Shown piece by piece: positions 24,901 to 39,400 of a stretch of 64,000 nt of DNA (the first letter of the stretch is position 1; each line of letters starts with the position of its first letter). Position numbers and translations under genes: made by a program. The stretch comes from Auanema rhodensis (lineage: Eukaryota; Animalia; Nematoda). The stretch is taken from assembly GCA_964057225.1 (NCBI GenBank), contig OZ059900.1, positions 7,440,001-7,504,000 of the forward strand, in the 5' to 3' direction. The notes under the pieces are model-generated. The model did no database searches and was not told the DNA's origin. It worked only from the letters and a program-made list of their open reading frames with translations.

Positions 24901-27900
24901 TTTGAAATTCAGGATTCATAAACTTCGACTATTTCTACATATACATGTCCAATTTTAACCACTTTGGTCGAAAAGGACCGAAAATATCAAGAATTATTGG
25001 TTTTTTGGGGTTTGAAGGGCATTTTGGCAAAATCAGTCAAACTTTTGATCTTAAGCATATTTTTTTCTTCTAAAACGACTAAATGTATGAAATACTGTCA
25101 AAGAATGTTCATATAGGTGTATTTTGCACGAATATCAAAACTGATTGAAATATGGGCCTTTTTATGCTCAAAACGCCATATATTCAACGATTTTGGGTAC
25201 AAAACATGTGAAAACTGTATGTTTTGATCAGACCCTTCGAGATATGGATTTGAAATCCAGGATTCATAAACTTTGACTATTTTTACATATATATGTCCAA
25301 TTTCAACCATTTTGGTCAAAAAGGACCGAAAATATCAAGAATTATTGGTTTTTCTGGGATTGAAGGGCATTTTGGCAAAATCAGTCAAACTTTTGATCTT
25401 AAGCATATTTTTTTCTTCTAAAACGACTAAATGTATGAAATACTGTCATAGAATGTTCATATAGGTGTATTTTGCACGAATATCAAAACTGATTGAAATA
25501 TGGGCCTTTTTATGCTCAAAACGCCATATATTCAACGATTTTGGGTACAAAACATGTGAAAACTGTATGTTTTGATCAGACCCTTCGAGATATGGATTTG
25601 AAATCCAGGATTCATAAACTTTGACTATTTTTACATATATATGTCCAATTTCAACCATTTTGGTCAAAAAGGACCGAAAATATCAAGAATTATTGGTTTT
25701 TCTGGGATTGAAGGGCATTTTGGCAAAATCAGTCAAACTTTTGATCTTAAGCATATTTTTTTCTTCTAAAACGACTAAATGTATGAAATACTGTCATAGA
25801 ATGTTCATATAGGTGTATTTTGCACGAATATCAAAACTGATTGAAATATGGGCCTTTTTATGTTCAAAACGCCATATATTCAACGATTTTGGGTACAAAA
25901 CATGTGAAAACTGTATGTTTTGATCAGACCCTTTGAGATATGGATTTGAAATCCAGGATTCATAAACTTTGACTATTTTTACATATATATGTCCAATTTC
26001 AACCATTTTGGTCAAAAAGGACCGAAAATATCAAGAATTATTGGTTTTTCTGGGATTGAAGGGCATTTTGGCAAAATCAGTGAAACTTTTGATCTTAAGC
26101 ATATTTTTTTCTTCTAAAACGACTAAATGTATGAAATACTGTCATAGAATGTTCATATAGGTGTATTTTGCACGAATATCAAAACTGATTGAAATATGGG
26201 CCTTTTTATGTTCAAAACGCCATATATTCAACGATTTTGGGTACAAAACATGTGAAAACTGTATGTTTTGATCAGACCCTTTGAGATATGGATTTGAAAT
26301 TCAGGATTCATAAACTTTGACTATTTTTACATATATATGTCCAATTTTAACCACTTTGGTCAAAAAGGACCGAAAATATCAAGAATTATTGGTTTTTTGG
26401 GGATTGAAGGGCATTTTGGCAAAATCAGTCAAACTTTTGATCTTAAGCATATTTTTTTCTTCTAAAACGACTAAATGTATGAAATACTGTCATAGAATGT
26501 TCATATAGGTGTATTTTGCACGAATATCAAAACTGATTGAAATATGGGCCTTTTTATGCTCAAAACGCCATATATTCAACGATTTTGGGTACAAAACATG
26601 TGAAAACTGTATGTTTTGATCAGACCCTTTGAGATATGGATTTGAAATTCAGGATTCATAAACTTCGACTATTTCTACATATACATGTCCAATTTTAACC
26701 ACTTTGGTCGAAAAGGACCGAAAATATCAAGAATTATTGGTTTTTTGGGGTTTGAAGGGCATTTTGGCAAAATCAGTCAAACTTTTGATCTTAAGCATAT
26801 TTTTTTCTTCTAAAACGACTAAATGTATGAAATACTGTCAAAGAATGTTCATATAGGTGTATTTTGCACGAATATCAAAACTGATTGAAATATGGGCCTT
26901 TTTATGCTCAAAACGCCATATATTCAACGATTTTGGGTACAAAACATGTGAAAACTGTATGTTTTGATCAGACCCTTTGAGATATGGATTTGAAATTCAG
27001 GATTCATAAACTTTGACTATTTTTACATATATATTTTCAATTGTAACCACTTTGGTCAAAAAGGACCGAAAATATCAAGAATTATTGGTTTTTTGGGGTT
27101 TGAAGGGCATTTTGGCTAAATCAGTCAAACTTTTGATCTTAAGCATATTTTTTTCTTCTAAAACGACTAAATGTATGAAATACTGTCATAGAATGTTGAT
27201 ATAGGTGTATTTTGCACGAATATCAAAACTGATTGAAATATGGGCCTTTTTATGCTCAAAACGCCATATATTCAACGATTTTGGGTACAAAACATGTGAA
27301 AACTGTATGTTTTGATCAGACCCTTTGAGATATGGATTTGGAATTCAGGATTCATAAACTTTGACTATTTTTACATATATATGTTCAATTTTAACCACTT
27401 TGGTCAAAAAGGACCGAAAATATCAAGAATTATTGGTTTTTTGGGGTTTGAAGGGCATTTTGGCAAAATCAGTCAAACTTTTGATCTTAAGCATATTTTT
27501 TTCTTCTAAAACGACTAAATGTATGAAATACTGTCAAAGAATGTTCATATAGGTGTATTTTGCACGAATATCAAAACTGATTGAAATATGGGCCTTTTTA
27601 TGCTCAAAACGCCATATATTCAACGATTTTGGGTACAAAACATGTGAAAACTGTATGTTTTGATCAGACCCTTTGAGATATGGATTTGAAATTCAGGATT
27701 CATAAACGTCGACTATTTCTACATATACATGTCCAATTTTAACCACTTTGGTCGAAAAGGACCGAAAATATCAAGAATTATTGGTTTTTTGGGGTTTGAA
27801 GGGCATTTTGGCAAAATCAGTCAAACTTTTGATCTTAAGCATATTTTTTTCTTCTAAAACGACTAAATGTATGAAATAACGCCATATATTCAACGATTTT

Positions 27901-28305
27901 GGGTACAAAACATGTGAAAACTGTATGTTTTGATCAGACCCTTTGAGATATGGATTTGAAATTCAGGATTCATAAACTTTGACTATTTTTACATATATAT
28001 TTTCAATTGTAACCACTTTGGTCAAAAAGGACCGAAAATATCAAGAATTATTGGTTTTTTGGGGTTTGAAGGGCATTTTGGCTAAATCAGTCAAACTTTT
28101 GATCTTAAGCATATTTTTTTCTTCTAAAACGACTAAATGTATGAAATACTGTCATAGAATGTTGATATAGGTGTATTTTGCACGAATATCAAAACTGATT
28201 GAAATATGGGCCTTTTTATGCTCAAAACGCCATATATTCAACGATTTTGGGTACAAAACATGTGAAAACTGTATGTTTTGATCAGACCCTTTGAGATATG
28301 GATTT
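21980..28305. repeat. Block duplication with an offset of 3828 bp (11 monomers): ~21980-24555 copied at ~25810-28305
   Basis: The same ordered monomer types occur at 22141/25969, 22489/26317, 22837/26665, 23185/27013, 23533/27361 and 23881/27709, including the rare GTCGAC allele. Confidence 0.85.
27709..27978. repeat. Truncated 270-bp monomer (78-bp internal deletion), copy 1
   Basis: Junction ATGAAATA|ACGCCATA at 27878/27879; anchor spacing is 270 instead of 348. Confidence 0.97.
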
Positions 28306-31110
28306 GGAATTCAGGATTCATAAACTTTGACTATTTTTACATATATATGTTCAATTTTAACCACTTTGGTCAAAAAGGACCGAAAATATCAAGAATTATT
28401 GGTTTTTTGGGGTTTGAAGGGCATTTTGGCAAAATCAGTCAAACTTTTGATCTTAAGCATATTTTTTTCTTCTAAAACGACTAAATGTATGAAATACTGT
28501 CATAGAATGTTCATATAGGTGTATTTTGCACGAATATCAAAACTGATTGAAATATGGGCCTTTTTATGTTCAAAACGCCATATATTCAACGATTTTGGGT
28601 ACAAAACATGTGAAAACTGTATGTTTTGATCAGACCCTTTGAGATATGGATTTGGAATTCAGGATTCATAAACTTTGACTATTTTTACATATATATGTTC
28701 AATTTTAACCACTTTGGTCAAAAAGGACCGAAAATATCAAGAATTATTGGTTTTTTGGGGTTTGAAGGGCATTTTGGCTAAATCAGTCAAACTTTTGATC
28801 TTAAGCATATTTTTTTCTTCTAAAACGACTAAATGTATGAAATACTGTCATAGAATGTTCATATAGGTGTATTTTGCACGAATATCAAAACTGATTGAAA
28901 TATGGGCCTTTTTATGCTCAAAACGCCATATATTCAACGATTTTGGGTACAAAACATGTGAAAACTGTATGTTTTGATCAGACCCTTTGAGATATGGATT
29001 TGAAATTCAGGATTCATAAACTTCGACTATTTCTACATATATATGTCCAATTTTAACCACTTTGGTCAAAAAGGACCGAAAATATCAAGAATTATTGGTT
29101 TTTTGGGGATTGAAGGGCATTTTGGCAAAATCAGTCAAACTTTTGATCTTAAGCATATTTTTTTCTTCTAAAACGACTAAATGTATGAAATACTGTCATA
29201 GAATGTTCATATAGGTGTATTTTGCACAAATATCAAAACTGATTGAAATATGGGCCTTTTTATGCTCAAAACGCCATATATTCAACGATTTTGGGTACAA
29301 AACATGTGAAAACTGTATGTTTTGATCAGACCCTTTGAGATATGGATTTGGAATTCAGGATTCATAAACTTTGACTATTTTTACATATATATGTTCAATT
29401 TTAACCACTTTGGTCAAAAAGGACCGAAAATATCAAGAATTATTGGTTTTTTGGGGTTTGAAGGGCATTTTGGCAAAATCAATCAAACTTTTGATCTTAA
29501 GCATATTTTTTTCTTCTAAAACGACTAAATGTATGAAATACTGTCATAGAATGTTCATATAGGTGTATTTTGCACGAATATCAAAACTGATTGAAATATG
29601 GACCTTTTTATGTTCAAAACGCCATATATTCAACGATTTTGGGTACAAAACATGTGAAAACTGTATGTTTTGATCAGACCCTTTGAGATATGGATTTGAA
29701 ATTCAGGATTCATAAACTTTGACTATTTTTACATATATATGTTCAATTTTAACCACTTTGGTCAAAAAGGACCGAAAATATCAAGAATTATTGGTTTTTT
29801 GGGGTTTGAAGGGCATTTTGGCTAAATCAATCAAACTTTTGATCTTAAGCATATTTTTTTCTTCTAAAACGACTAAATGTATGAAATACTGTCATAGAAT
29901 GTTCATATAGGTGTATTTTGCACGAATATCAAAACTGATTGAAATATGGGCCTTTTTATGCTCAAAACGCCATATATTCAACGATTTTGGGTACAAAACA
30001 TGTGAAAACTGTATGTTTTGATCAGACCCTTTGAGATATGGATTTAAAATTCAGGATTCATAAAATTCGACTATTTTTACATATATATGTCCAATTTTAA
30101 CCACTTTGGTCAAAAAGGACCGAAAATATCAAGAATTATTGGTTTTTTGGGGTTTGAAGGGCATTTTGGCTAAATCAGTCAAACTTTTGATCTTAAGCAT
30201 ATTTTTTTCTTCTAAAACGACTAAATGTATGAAATACTGTCATAGAATGTTCATATAGGTGTATTTTGCACGAATATCAAAACTGATTGAAATATGGGCC
30301 TTTTTATGCTCAAAACGCCATATATTCAACGATTTTGGGTACAAAACATGTGAAAACTGTATGTTTTGATCAGACCCTTTAAGATATGGATTTGAAATTC
30401 AGGATTCATAAACTTTGACTATTTTTACATATATATGTCCAATTTTAACCACTTTGGTCAAAAAGGACCGAAAATATCAAGAATTATTGGTTTTTTGGGG
30501 ATTGAAGGGCATTTTGGCAAAATCAGTCAAACTTTTGATCTTAAGCATATTTTTTTCTTCTAAAACGACTAAATGTATGAAATACTGTCATAGAATGTTC
30601 ATATAGGTGTATTTTGCACAAATTTCAAAACTGATTGAAATATGGGCCTTTTTATGCTCAAAACGCCATATATTCAACGATTTTGGGTACAAAACATGTG
30701 AAAACTGTATGTTTTGATCAGACCCTTTGAGATATGGATTTGAAATTCAGGATTCATAAACTTTGACTATTTTTACATATATATGTTCAATTTTAACCAC
30801 TTTGGTCAAAAAGGACCGAAAATATCAAGAATTATTGGTTTTTTGGGGTTTGAAGGGCGTTTTGGCTAAATCAGTCAAACTTTTGATCTTAAGCATATTT
30901 TTTTCTTCTAAAACGACTAAATGTATGAAATACTGTCATAGAATGTTCATATAGGTGTATTTTGCACGAATATCAAAACTGATTGAAATATGGGCCTTTT
31001 TATGCTCAAAACGCCATATATTCAACGATTTTGGGTACAAAACATGTGAAAACTGTATGTTTTGATCAGACCCTTTGAGATATGGATTTGAAATTCAGGA
31101 TTCATAAACG

Positions 31111-31380
31111 TCGACTATTTCTACATATACATGTCCAATTTTAACCACTTTGGTCGAAAAGGACCGAAAATATCAAGAATTATTGGTTTTTTGGGGTTTG
31201 AAGAGCATTTTGGCAAAATCAGTCAAACTTTTGATCTTAAGCATATTTTTTTCTTCTAAAACGACTAAATGTATGAAATAACGCCATATATTCAACGATT
31301 TTGGGTACAAAACATGTGAAAACTGTATGTTTTGATCAGACCCTTTGAGATATGGATTTGAAATTCAGGATTCATAAACT
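31111..31380. repeat. Truncated 270-bp monomer (78-bp internal deletion), copy 2
   Basis: Identical junction at 31280/31281, 3402 bp (9x348+270) after copy 1. Confidence 0.97.
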
Positions 31381-34300
31381 TTGACTATTTTTACATATAT
31401 ATTTTCAATTGTAACCACTTTGGTCAAAAAGGACCGAAAATATCAAGAATTATTGGTTTTTTGGGGTTTGAAGGGCATTTTGGCTAAATCAGTCAAACTT
31501 TTGATCTTAAGCATATTTTTTTCTTCTAAAACGACTAAATGTATGAAATACTGTCATAGAATGTTGATATAGGTGTATTTTGCACGAATATCAAAACTGA
31601 TTGAAATATGGGCCTTTTTATGCTCAAAACGCCATATATTCAACGATTTTGGGTACAAAACATGTGAAAACTGTATGTTTTGATCAGACCCTTTGAGATA
31701 TGGATTTGGAATTCAGGATTCATAAACTTTGACTATTTTTACATATATATGTTCAATTTTAACCACTTTGGTCAAAAAGGACCGAAAATATCAAGAATTA
31801 TTGGTTTTTTGGGGTTTGAAGGGCATTTTGGCAAAATCAGTCAAACTTTTGATCTTAAGCATATTTTTTTCTTCTAAAACGACTAAATGTATGAAATACT
31901 GTCATAGAATGTTCATATAGGTGTATTTTGCACGAATATCAAAACTGATTGAAATATGGGCCTTTTTATGTTCAAAACGCCATATATTCAACGATTTTGG
32001 GTACAAAACATGTGAAAACTGTATGTTTTGATCAGACCCTTTGAGATATGGATTTGGAATTCAGGATTCATAAACTTTGACTATTTTTACATATATATGT
32101 TCAATTTTAACCACTTTGGTCAAAAAGGACCGAAAATATCAAGAATTATTGGTTTTTTGGGGTTTGAAGGGCATTTTGGCTAAATCAGTCAAACTTTTGA
32201 TCTTAAGCATATTTTTTTCTTCTAAAACGACTAAATGTATGAAATACTGTCATAGAATGTTCATATAGGTGTATTTTGCACGAATATCAAAACTGATTGA
32301 AATATGGGCCTTTTTATGCTCAAAACGCCATATATTCAACGATTTTGGGTACAAAACATGTGAAAACTGTATGTTTTGATCAGACCCTTTGAGATATGGA
32401 TTTGAAATTCAGGATTCATAAACTTCGACTATTTCTACATATATATGTCCAATTTTAACCACTTTGGTCAAAAAGGACCGAAAATATCAAGAATTATTGG
32501 TTTTTTGGGGATTGAAGGGCATTTTGGCAAAATCAGTCAAACTTTTGATCTTAAGCATATTTTTTTCTTCTAAAACGACTAAATGTATGAAATACTGTCA
32601 TAGAATGTTCATATAGGTGTATTTTGCACAAATATCAAAACTGATTGAAATATGGGCCTTTTTATGCTCAAAACGCCATATATTCAACGATTTTGGGTAC
32701 AAAACATGTGAAAACTGTATGTTTTGATCAGACCCTTTGAGATATGGATTTGGAATTCAGGATTCATAAACTTTGACTATTTTTACATATATATGTTCAA
32801 TTTTAACCACTTTGGTCAAAAAGGACCGAAAATATCAAGAATTATTGGTTTTTTGGGGTTTGAAGGGCATTTTGGCAAAATCAGTCAAACTTTTGATCTT
32901 AAGCATATTTTTTTCTTCTAAAACGACTAAATGTATGAAATACTGTCAAAGAATGTTCATATAGGTGTATTTTGCACGAATATCAAAACTGATTGAAATA
33001 TGGGCCTTTTTATGCTCAAAACGCCATATATTCAACGATTTTGGGTACAAAACATGTGAAAACTGTATGTTTTGATCAGACCCTTTGAGATATGGATTTG
33101 AAATTCAGGATTCATAAACTTCGACTATTTCTACATATACATGTCCAATTTTAACCACTTTGGTCGAAAAGGACCGAAAATATCAAGAATTATTGGTTTT
33201 TTGGGGTTTGAAGGGCATTTTGGCAAAATCAATCAAACTTTTGATCTTAAGCATATTTTTTTCTTCTAAAACGACTAAATGTATGAAATACTGTCATAGA
33301 ATGTTCATATAGGTGTATTTTGCACGAATATCAAAACTGATTGAAATATGGACCTTTTTATGTTCAAAACGCCATATATTCAACGATTTTGGGTACAAAA
33401 CATGTGAAAACTGTATGTTTTGATCAGACCCTTTGAGATATGGATTTGAAATTCAGGATTCATAAACTTTGACTATTTTTACATATATATGTTCAATTTT
33501 AACCACTTTGGTCAAAAAGGACCGAAAATATCAAGAATTATTGGTTTTTTGGGGTTTGAAGGGCATTTTGGCTAAATCAATCAAACTTTTGATCTTAAGC
33601 ATATTTTTTTCTTCTAAAACGACTAAATGTATGAAATACTGTCATAGAATGTTCATATAGGTGTATTTTGCACGAATATCAAAACTGATTGAAATATGGG
33701 CCTTTTTATGCTCAAAACGCCATATATTCAACGATTTTGGGTACAAAACATGTGAAAACTGTATGTTTTGATCAGACCCTTTGAGATATGGATTTAAAAT
33801 TCAGGATTCATAAAATTCGACTATTTTTACATATATATGTCCAATTTTAACCACTTTGGTCAAAAAGGACCGAAAATATCAAGAATTATTGGTTTTTTGG
33901 GGTTTGAAGGGCATTTTGGCTAAATCAGTCAAACTTTTGATCTTAAGCATATTTTTTTCTTCTAAAACGACTAAATGTATGAAATACTGTCATAGAATGT
34001 TCATATAGGTGTATTTTGCACGAATATCAAAACTGATTGAAATATGGGCCTTTTTATGCTCAAAACGCCATATATTCAACGATTTTGGGTACAAAACATG
34101 TGAAAACTGTATGTTTTGATCAGACCCTTTAAGATATGGATTTGAAATTCAGGATTCATAAACTTTGACTATTTTTACATATATATGTCCAATTTTAACC
34201 ACTTTGGTCAAAAAGGACCGAAAATATCAAGAATTATTGGTTTTTTGGGGATTGAAGGGCATTTTGGCAAAATCAGTCAAACTTTTGATCTTAAGCATAT

Positions 34301-36489
34301 TTTTTTCTTCTAAAACGACTAAATGTATGAAATACTGTCATAGAATGTTCATATAGGTGTATTTTGCACAAATTTCAAAACTGATTGAAATATGGGCCTT
34401 TTTATGCTCAAAACGCCATATATTCAACGATTTTGGGTACAAAACATGTGAAAACTGTATGTTTTGATCAGACCCTTTGAGATATGGATTTGAAATTCAG
34501 GATTCATAAACTTTGACTATTTTTACATATATATGTTCAATTTTAACCACTTTGGTCAAAAAGGACCGAAAATATCAAGAATTATTGGTTTTTTGGGGTT
34601 TGAAGGGCGTTTTGGCTAAATCAGTCAAACTTTTGATCTTAAGCATATTTTTTTCTTCTAAAACGACTAAATGTATGAAATACTGTCATAGAATGTTCAT
34701 ATAGGTGTATTTTGCACGAATATCAAAACTGATTGAAATATGGGCCTTTTTATGCTCAAAACGCCATATATTCAACGATTTTGGGTACAAAACATGTGAA
34801 AACTGTATGTTTTGATCAGACCCTTTGAGATATGGATTTGAAATTCAGGATTCATAAACATTGACTATTTTTACATATATATGTTCAATTTTAACCACTT
34901 TGGTCAAAAAGGACCGAAAATATCAAGAATTATTGGTTTTTTGGGGTTTGAAGGGCATTTTGGCAAAATCAGTCAAACTTTTGATCTTAAGCATATTTTT
35001 TTCTTCTAAAACGACTAAATGTATGAAATACTGTCAAAGAATGTTCATATAGGTGTATTTTGCACGAATATCAAAACTGATTGAAATATGGGCCTTTTTA
35101 TGCCAAAACGCCATATATTCAACGATTTTGGGTACAAAACATGTGAAAACTGTATGTTTTGATCAGACCCTTTGAGATATGGATTTAAAATTCAGGATTC
35201 ATAAAATTCGACTATTTTTACATATATATGTCCAATTTTAACCACTTTGGTCAAAAAGGACCGAAAATATCAAGAATTATTGGTTTTTTGGGGTTTGAAG
35301 GGCATTTTGGCAAAATCAGTCAAACTTTTGATCTTAAGCATATTTTTTTCTTCTAAAACGACTAAATGTATGAAATACTGTCATAGAATGTTCATATAGG
35401 TGTATTTTGCACGAATATCAAAACTGATTGAAATATGGGCCTTTTTATGCTCAAAACGCCATATATTCAACGATTTTGGGTACAAAACATGTGAAAACTG
35501 TATGTTTTGATCAGACCCTTTGAGATATGGATTTGAAATTCAGGATTCATAAACTTCGACTATTTCTACATATATATGTCCAATTTTAACCACTTTGGTC
35601 AAAAAGGACCGAAAATATCAAGAATTATTGGTTTTTTGGGGTTTGAAGGGCATTTTGGCAAAATCAGTCAAACTTTTGATCTTAAGCATATTTTTTTTCT
35701 AAAACGACTAAATGTATGAAATACTGTCAAAGAATGTTCATATAGGTGTATTTTGCACGAATATCAAAACTGATTGAAATATGGGCCTTTTTATGCTCAA
35801 AACGCCATATACTCAACGATTTTGGGTACAAAACATGTGAAAACTGTATGTTTTGATCAGACCCTTTGAGATATGGATTTGAAATTCAGGATTCATAAAC
35901 TTTGACTATTTTTACATATATATGTTCAATTTTAACCACTTTGGTCAAAAAGGACCGAAAATATCAAGAATTATTGGTTTTTTGGGGTTTGAAGGGCATT
36001 TTGGCAAAATCAGTCAAACTTTTGATCTTAAGCATATTTTTTTCTTCTAAAACGACTAAATGTATGAAATACTGTCATAGAATGTTCATATAGGTGTATT
36101 TTGCACGAATATCAAAACTGATTGAAATATGGGCCTTTTTATGTTCAAAACGCCATATATTCAACGATTTTGGGTACAAAACATGTGAAAACTGTATGTT
36201 TTGATCAGACCCTTTGAGATATGGATTTGAAATTCAGGATTCATAAACTTTGACTATTTTTACATATATATGTCCAATTTTAACCACTTTGGTCAAAAAG
36301 GACCGAAAATATCAAGAATTATTGGTTTTTTGGGGATTGAAGGGCATTTTGGCAAAATCAGTCAAACTTTTGATCTCAAGCATATTTTTTTCTTCTAAAA
36401 CGACTAAATGTATGAAATACTGTCATAGAATGTTCATATAGGTGTATTTTGCACGAATATCAAAACTGATTGAAATATGGGCATTTTTA

Positions 36490-39400
36490 TGCTCAAAACG
36501 CCATATATTCAACGATTTTGGGTACAAAACATGTGAAAACTGTATGTTTTGATCAGACCCTTTGAGATATGGATTTGAAATTCAGGATTCATAAACTTTG
36601 ACTATTTCTACATATATATGTCCAATTTTAACCACTTTGGTCAAAAAGGACCGAAAATATCAAGAATTATTGGTTTTTTGGGGTTTGAAGGGCATTTTGG
36701 CAAAATCAGTCAAACTTTTGATCTTAAGCATATTTTTTTCTTCTAAAACGACTAAATGTATGAAATACTGTCAAAGAATGTTCATATAGGTGTATTTTGC
36801 ACGAATATCAAAACTGATTGAAATATGGGCCTTTTTATGCTCAAAACGCCATATATTCAACGATTTTGGGTACAAAACATGTGAAAACTGTATGTTTTGA
36901 TCAGACCCTTTGAGATATGGATTTGAAATTCAGGATTCATAAACTTTGACTATTTTTACATATATATGTCCAATTTTAACCACTTTGGTCGAAAAGGACC
37001 GAAAATATCAAGAATTATTGGTTTTTTGGGGGTTGAAGGGCATTTTGGCAAAATCAGTCAAACTTTTGATCTTAAGCATATTTTTTTCTTCTAAAACGAC
37101 TAAATGTATGAAATACTGTCATAGAATGTTCATATAGGTGTATTTTGCACGAATATCAAAACTGATTGAAATATGGGCCTTTTTATGTTCAAAACGCCAT
37201 ATATTCAACGATTTTGGGTACAAAACATGTGAAAACTGTATGTTTTGATCAGACCCTTTGAGATATGGATTTGAAATTCAGGATTCATAAACTTTGACTA
37301 TTTTTACATATATATGTCCAATTTTAACCACTTTGGTCAAAAAGGACCGAAAATATCAAGAATTATTGGTTTTTTGGGGTTTGAAGGGCATTTTGGCTAA
37401 ATCAGTCAAACTTTTGATCTTAAGCATATTTTTTTCTTCTAAAACGACTAAATGTATGAAATACTGTCATAGAATGTTCATATAGGTGTATTTTGCACGA
37501 ATATCAAAACTGATTGAAATATGGACCTTTTTATGTTCAAAACGCCATATATTCAACGATTTTGGGTACAAAACATGTGAAAACTGTATGTTTTGATCAG
37601 ACCCTTTGAGATATGGATTTGAAATTCAGGATTCATAAACTTTGACTATTTTTACATATATATGTTCAATTTTAACCACTTTGGTCAAAAAGGACCGAAA
37701 ATATCAAGAATTATTGGTTTTTTGGGGTTTGAAGGACATTTTGGCTAAATCAGTCAAACTTTTGATCTTAAGCATATTTTTTTCTTCTAAAACGACTAAA
37801 TGTATGAAATACTGTCATAGAATGTTCATATAGGTCTATTTTGCACGAATATCAAAACTGATTGAAATATGGGCCTTTTTATGTTCAAAACGCCATATAT
37901 TCAACGATTTTGGGTACAAAACATGTGAAAACTGTATGTTTTGATCAGACCCTTTGAGATATGGATTTGAAATTCAGGATTCATGAACTTTGACTATTTT
38001 TACATATATATGTTCAATTTTAACCACTTTGGTCAAAAAGGACCGAAAATATCAAGAATTATTGGTTTTTTGGGGTTTGAAGGGCATTTTGGCAAAATCA
38101 GTCAAACTTTTGATCTTAAGCATATTTTTTTCTTCTAAAACGACTAAATGTATGAAATACTGTCATAGAATGTTCATATAGGTGTATTTTGCACGAATAT
38201 CAAAACTGATTGAAATATGGGCCTTTTTATGTTCAAAACGCCATATATTCAACGATTTTGGGTACAAAACATGTGAAAACTGTATGTTTTGATCAGACCC
38301 TTTGAGATATGGATTTGAAATTCAGGATTCATAAACTTTGACTATTTCTACATATATATGTCCAATTTTAACCACTTTGGTCAAAAAGGACCGAAAATAT
38401 CAAGAATTATTGGTTTTTTGGGGTTTGAAGGGCATTTTGGCAAAATCAGTCAAACTTTTGATCTTAAGCATATTTTTTTCTTCTAAAACGACTAAATGTA
38501 TGAAATACTGTCAAAGAATGTTCATATAGGTGTATTTTGCACGAATATCAAAACTGATTGAAATATGGGCCTTTTTATGCTCAAAACGCCATATATTCAA
38601 CGATTTTGGGTACAAAACATGTGAAAACTGTATGTTTTGATCAGACCCTTTGAGATATGGATTTGAAATTCAGGATTCATAAACTTTGACTATTTTTACA
38701 TATATATGTCCAATTTTAACCACTTTGGTCGAAAAGGACCGAAAATATCAAGAATTATTGGTTTTTTGGGGGTTGAAGGGCATTTTGGCAAAATCAGTCA
38801 AACTTTTGATCTTAAGCATATTTTTTTCTTCTAAAACGACTAAATGTATGAAATACTGTCATAGAATGTTCATATAGGTGTATTTTGCACGAATATCAAA
38901 ACTGATTGAAATATGGGCCTTTTTATGTTCAAAACGCCATATATTCAACGATTTTGGGTACAAAACATGTGAAAACTGTATGTTTTGATCAGACCCTTTG
39001 AGATATGGATTTGAAATTCAGGATTCATAAACTTTGACTATTTTTACATATATATGTCCAATTTTAACCACTTTGGTCAAAAAGGACCGAAAATATCAAG
39101 AATTATTGGTTTTTTGGGGTTTGAAGGGCATTTTGGCTAAATCAGTCAAACTTTTGATCTTAAGCATATTTTTTTCTTCTAAAACGACTAAATGTATGAA
39201 ATACTGTCATAGAATGTTCATATAGGTGTATTTTGCACGAATATCAAAACTGATTGAAATATGGACCTTTTTATGTTCAAAACGCCATATATTCAACGAT
39301 TTTGGGTACAAAACATGTGAAAACTGTATGTTTTGATCAGACCCTTTGAGATATGGATTTGAAATTCAGGATTCATAAACTTTGACTATTTTTACATATA

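Larger units (their letters stand above)
27540..34859. repeat. Tandem block duplication of a 10-monomer unit (3402 bp); the second copy has one extra monomer
   Basis: Markers recur at +3402 (deletion junction, GGAATTC monomers, CACAAATAT) and then at +3750 (GGACC, TTTAAAATTC, TTTAAGAT, CACAAATTT, GGGCGTT). Confidence 0.9.

Noticed and set aside
385-26015. Repeated 73-aa minus-strand ORF and 65-aa + strand ORF; a possible antisense or toxin-antitoxin-like pair
   Set aside because: These are open only when particular satellite SNPs remove stop codons (A-type or GGAATTC alleles). They track subfamilies and show no coding signal.
35100-35700. Isolated small deletions (-1 at ~35104; the extra T lost at ~35695)
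   Set aside because: They are singletons, one in a homopolymer, and cannot be distinguished from sequencing or consensus error without reads.
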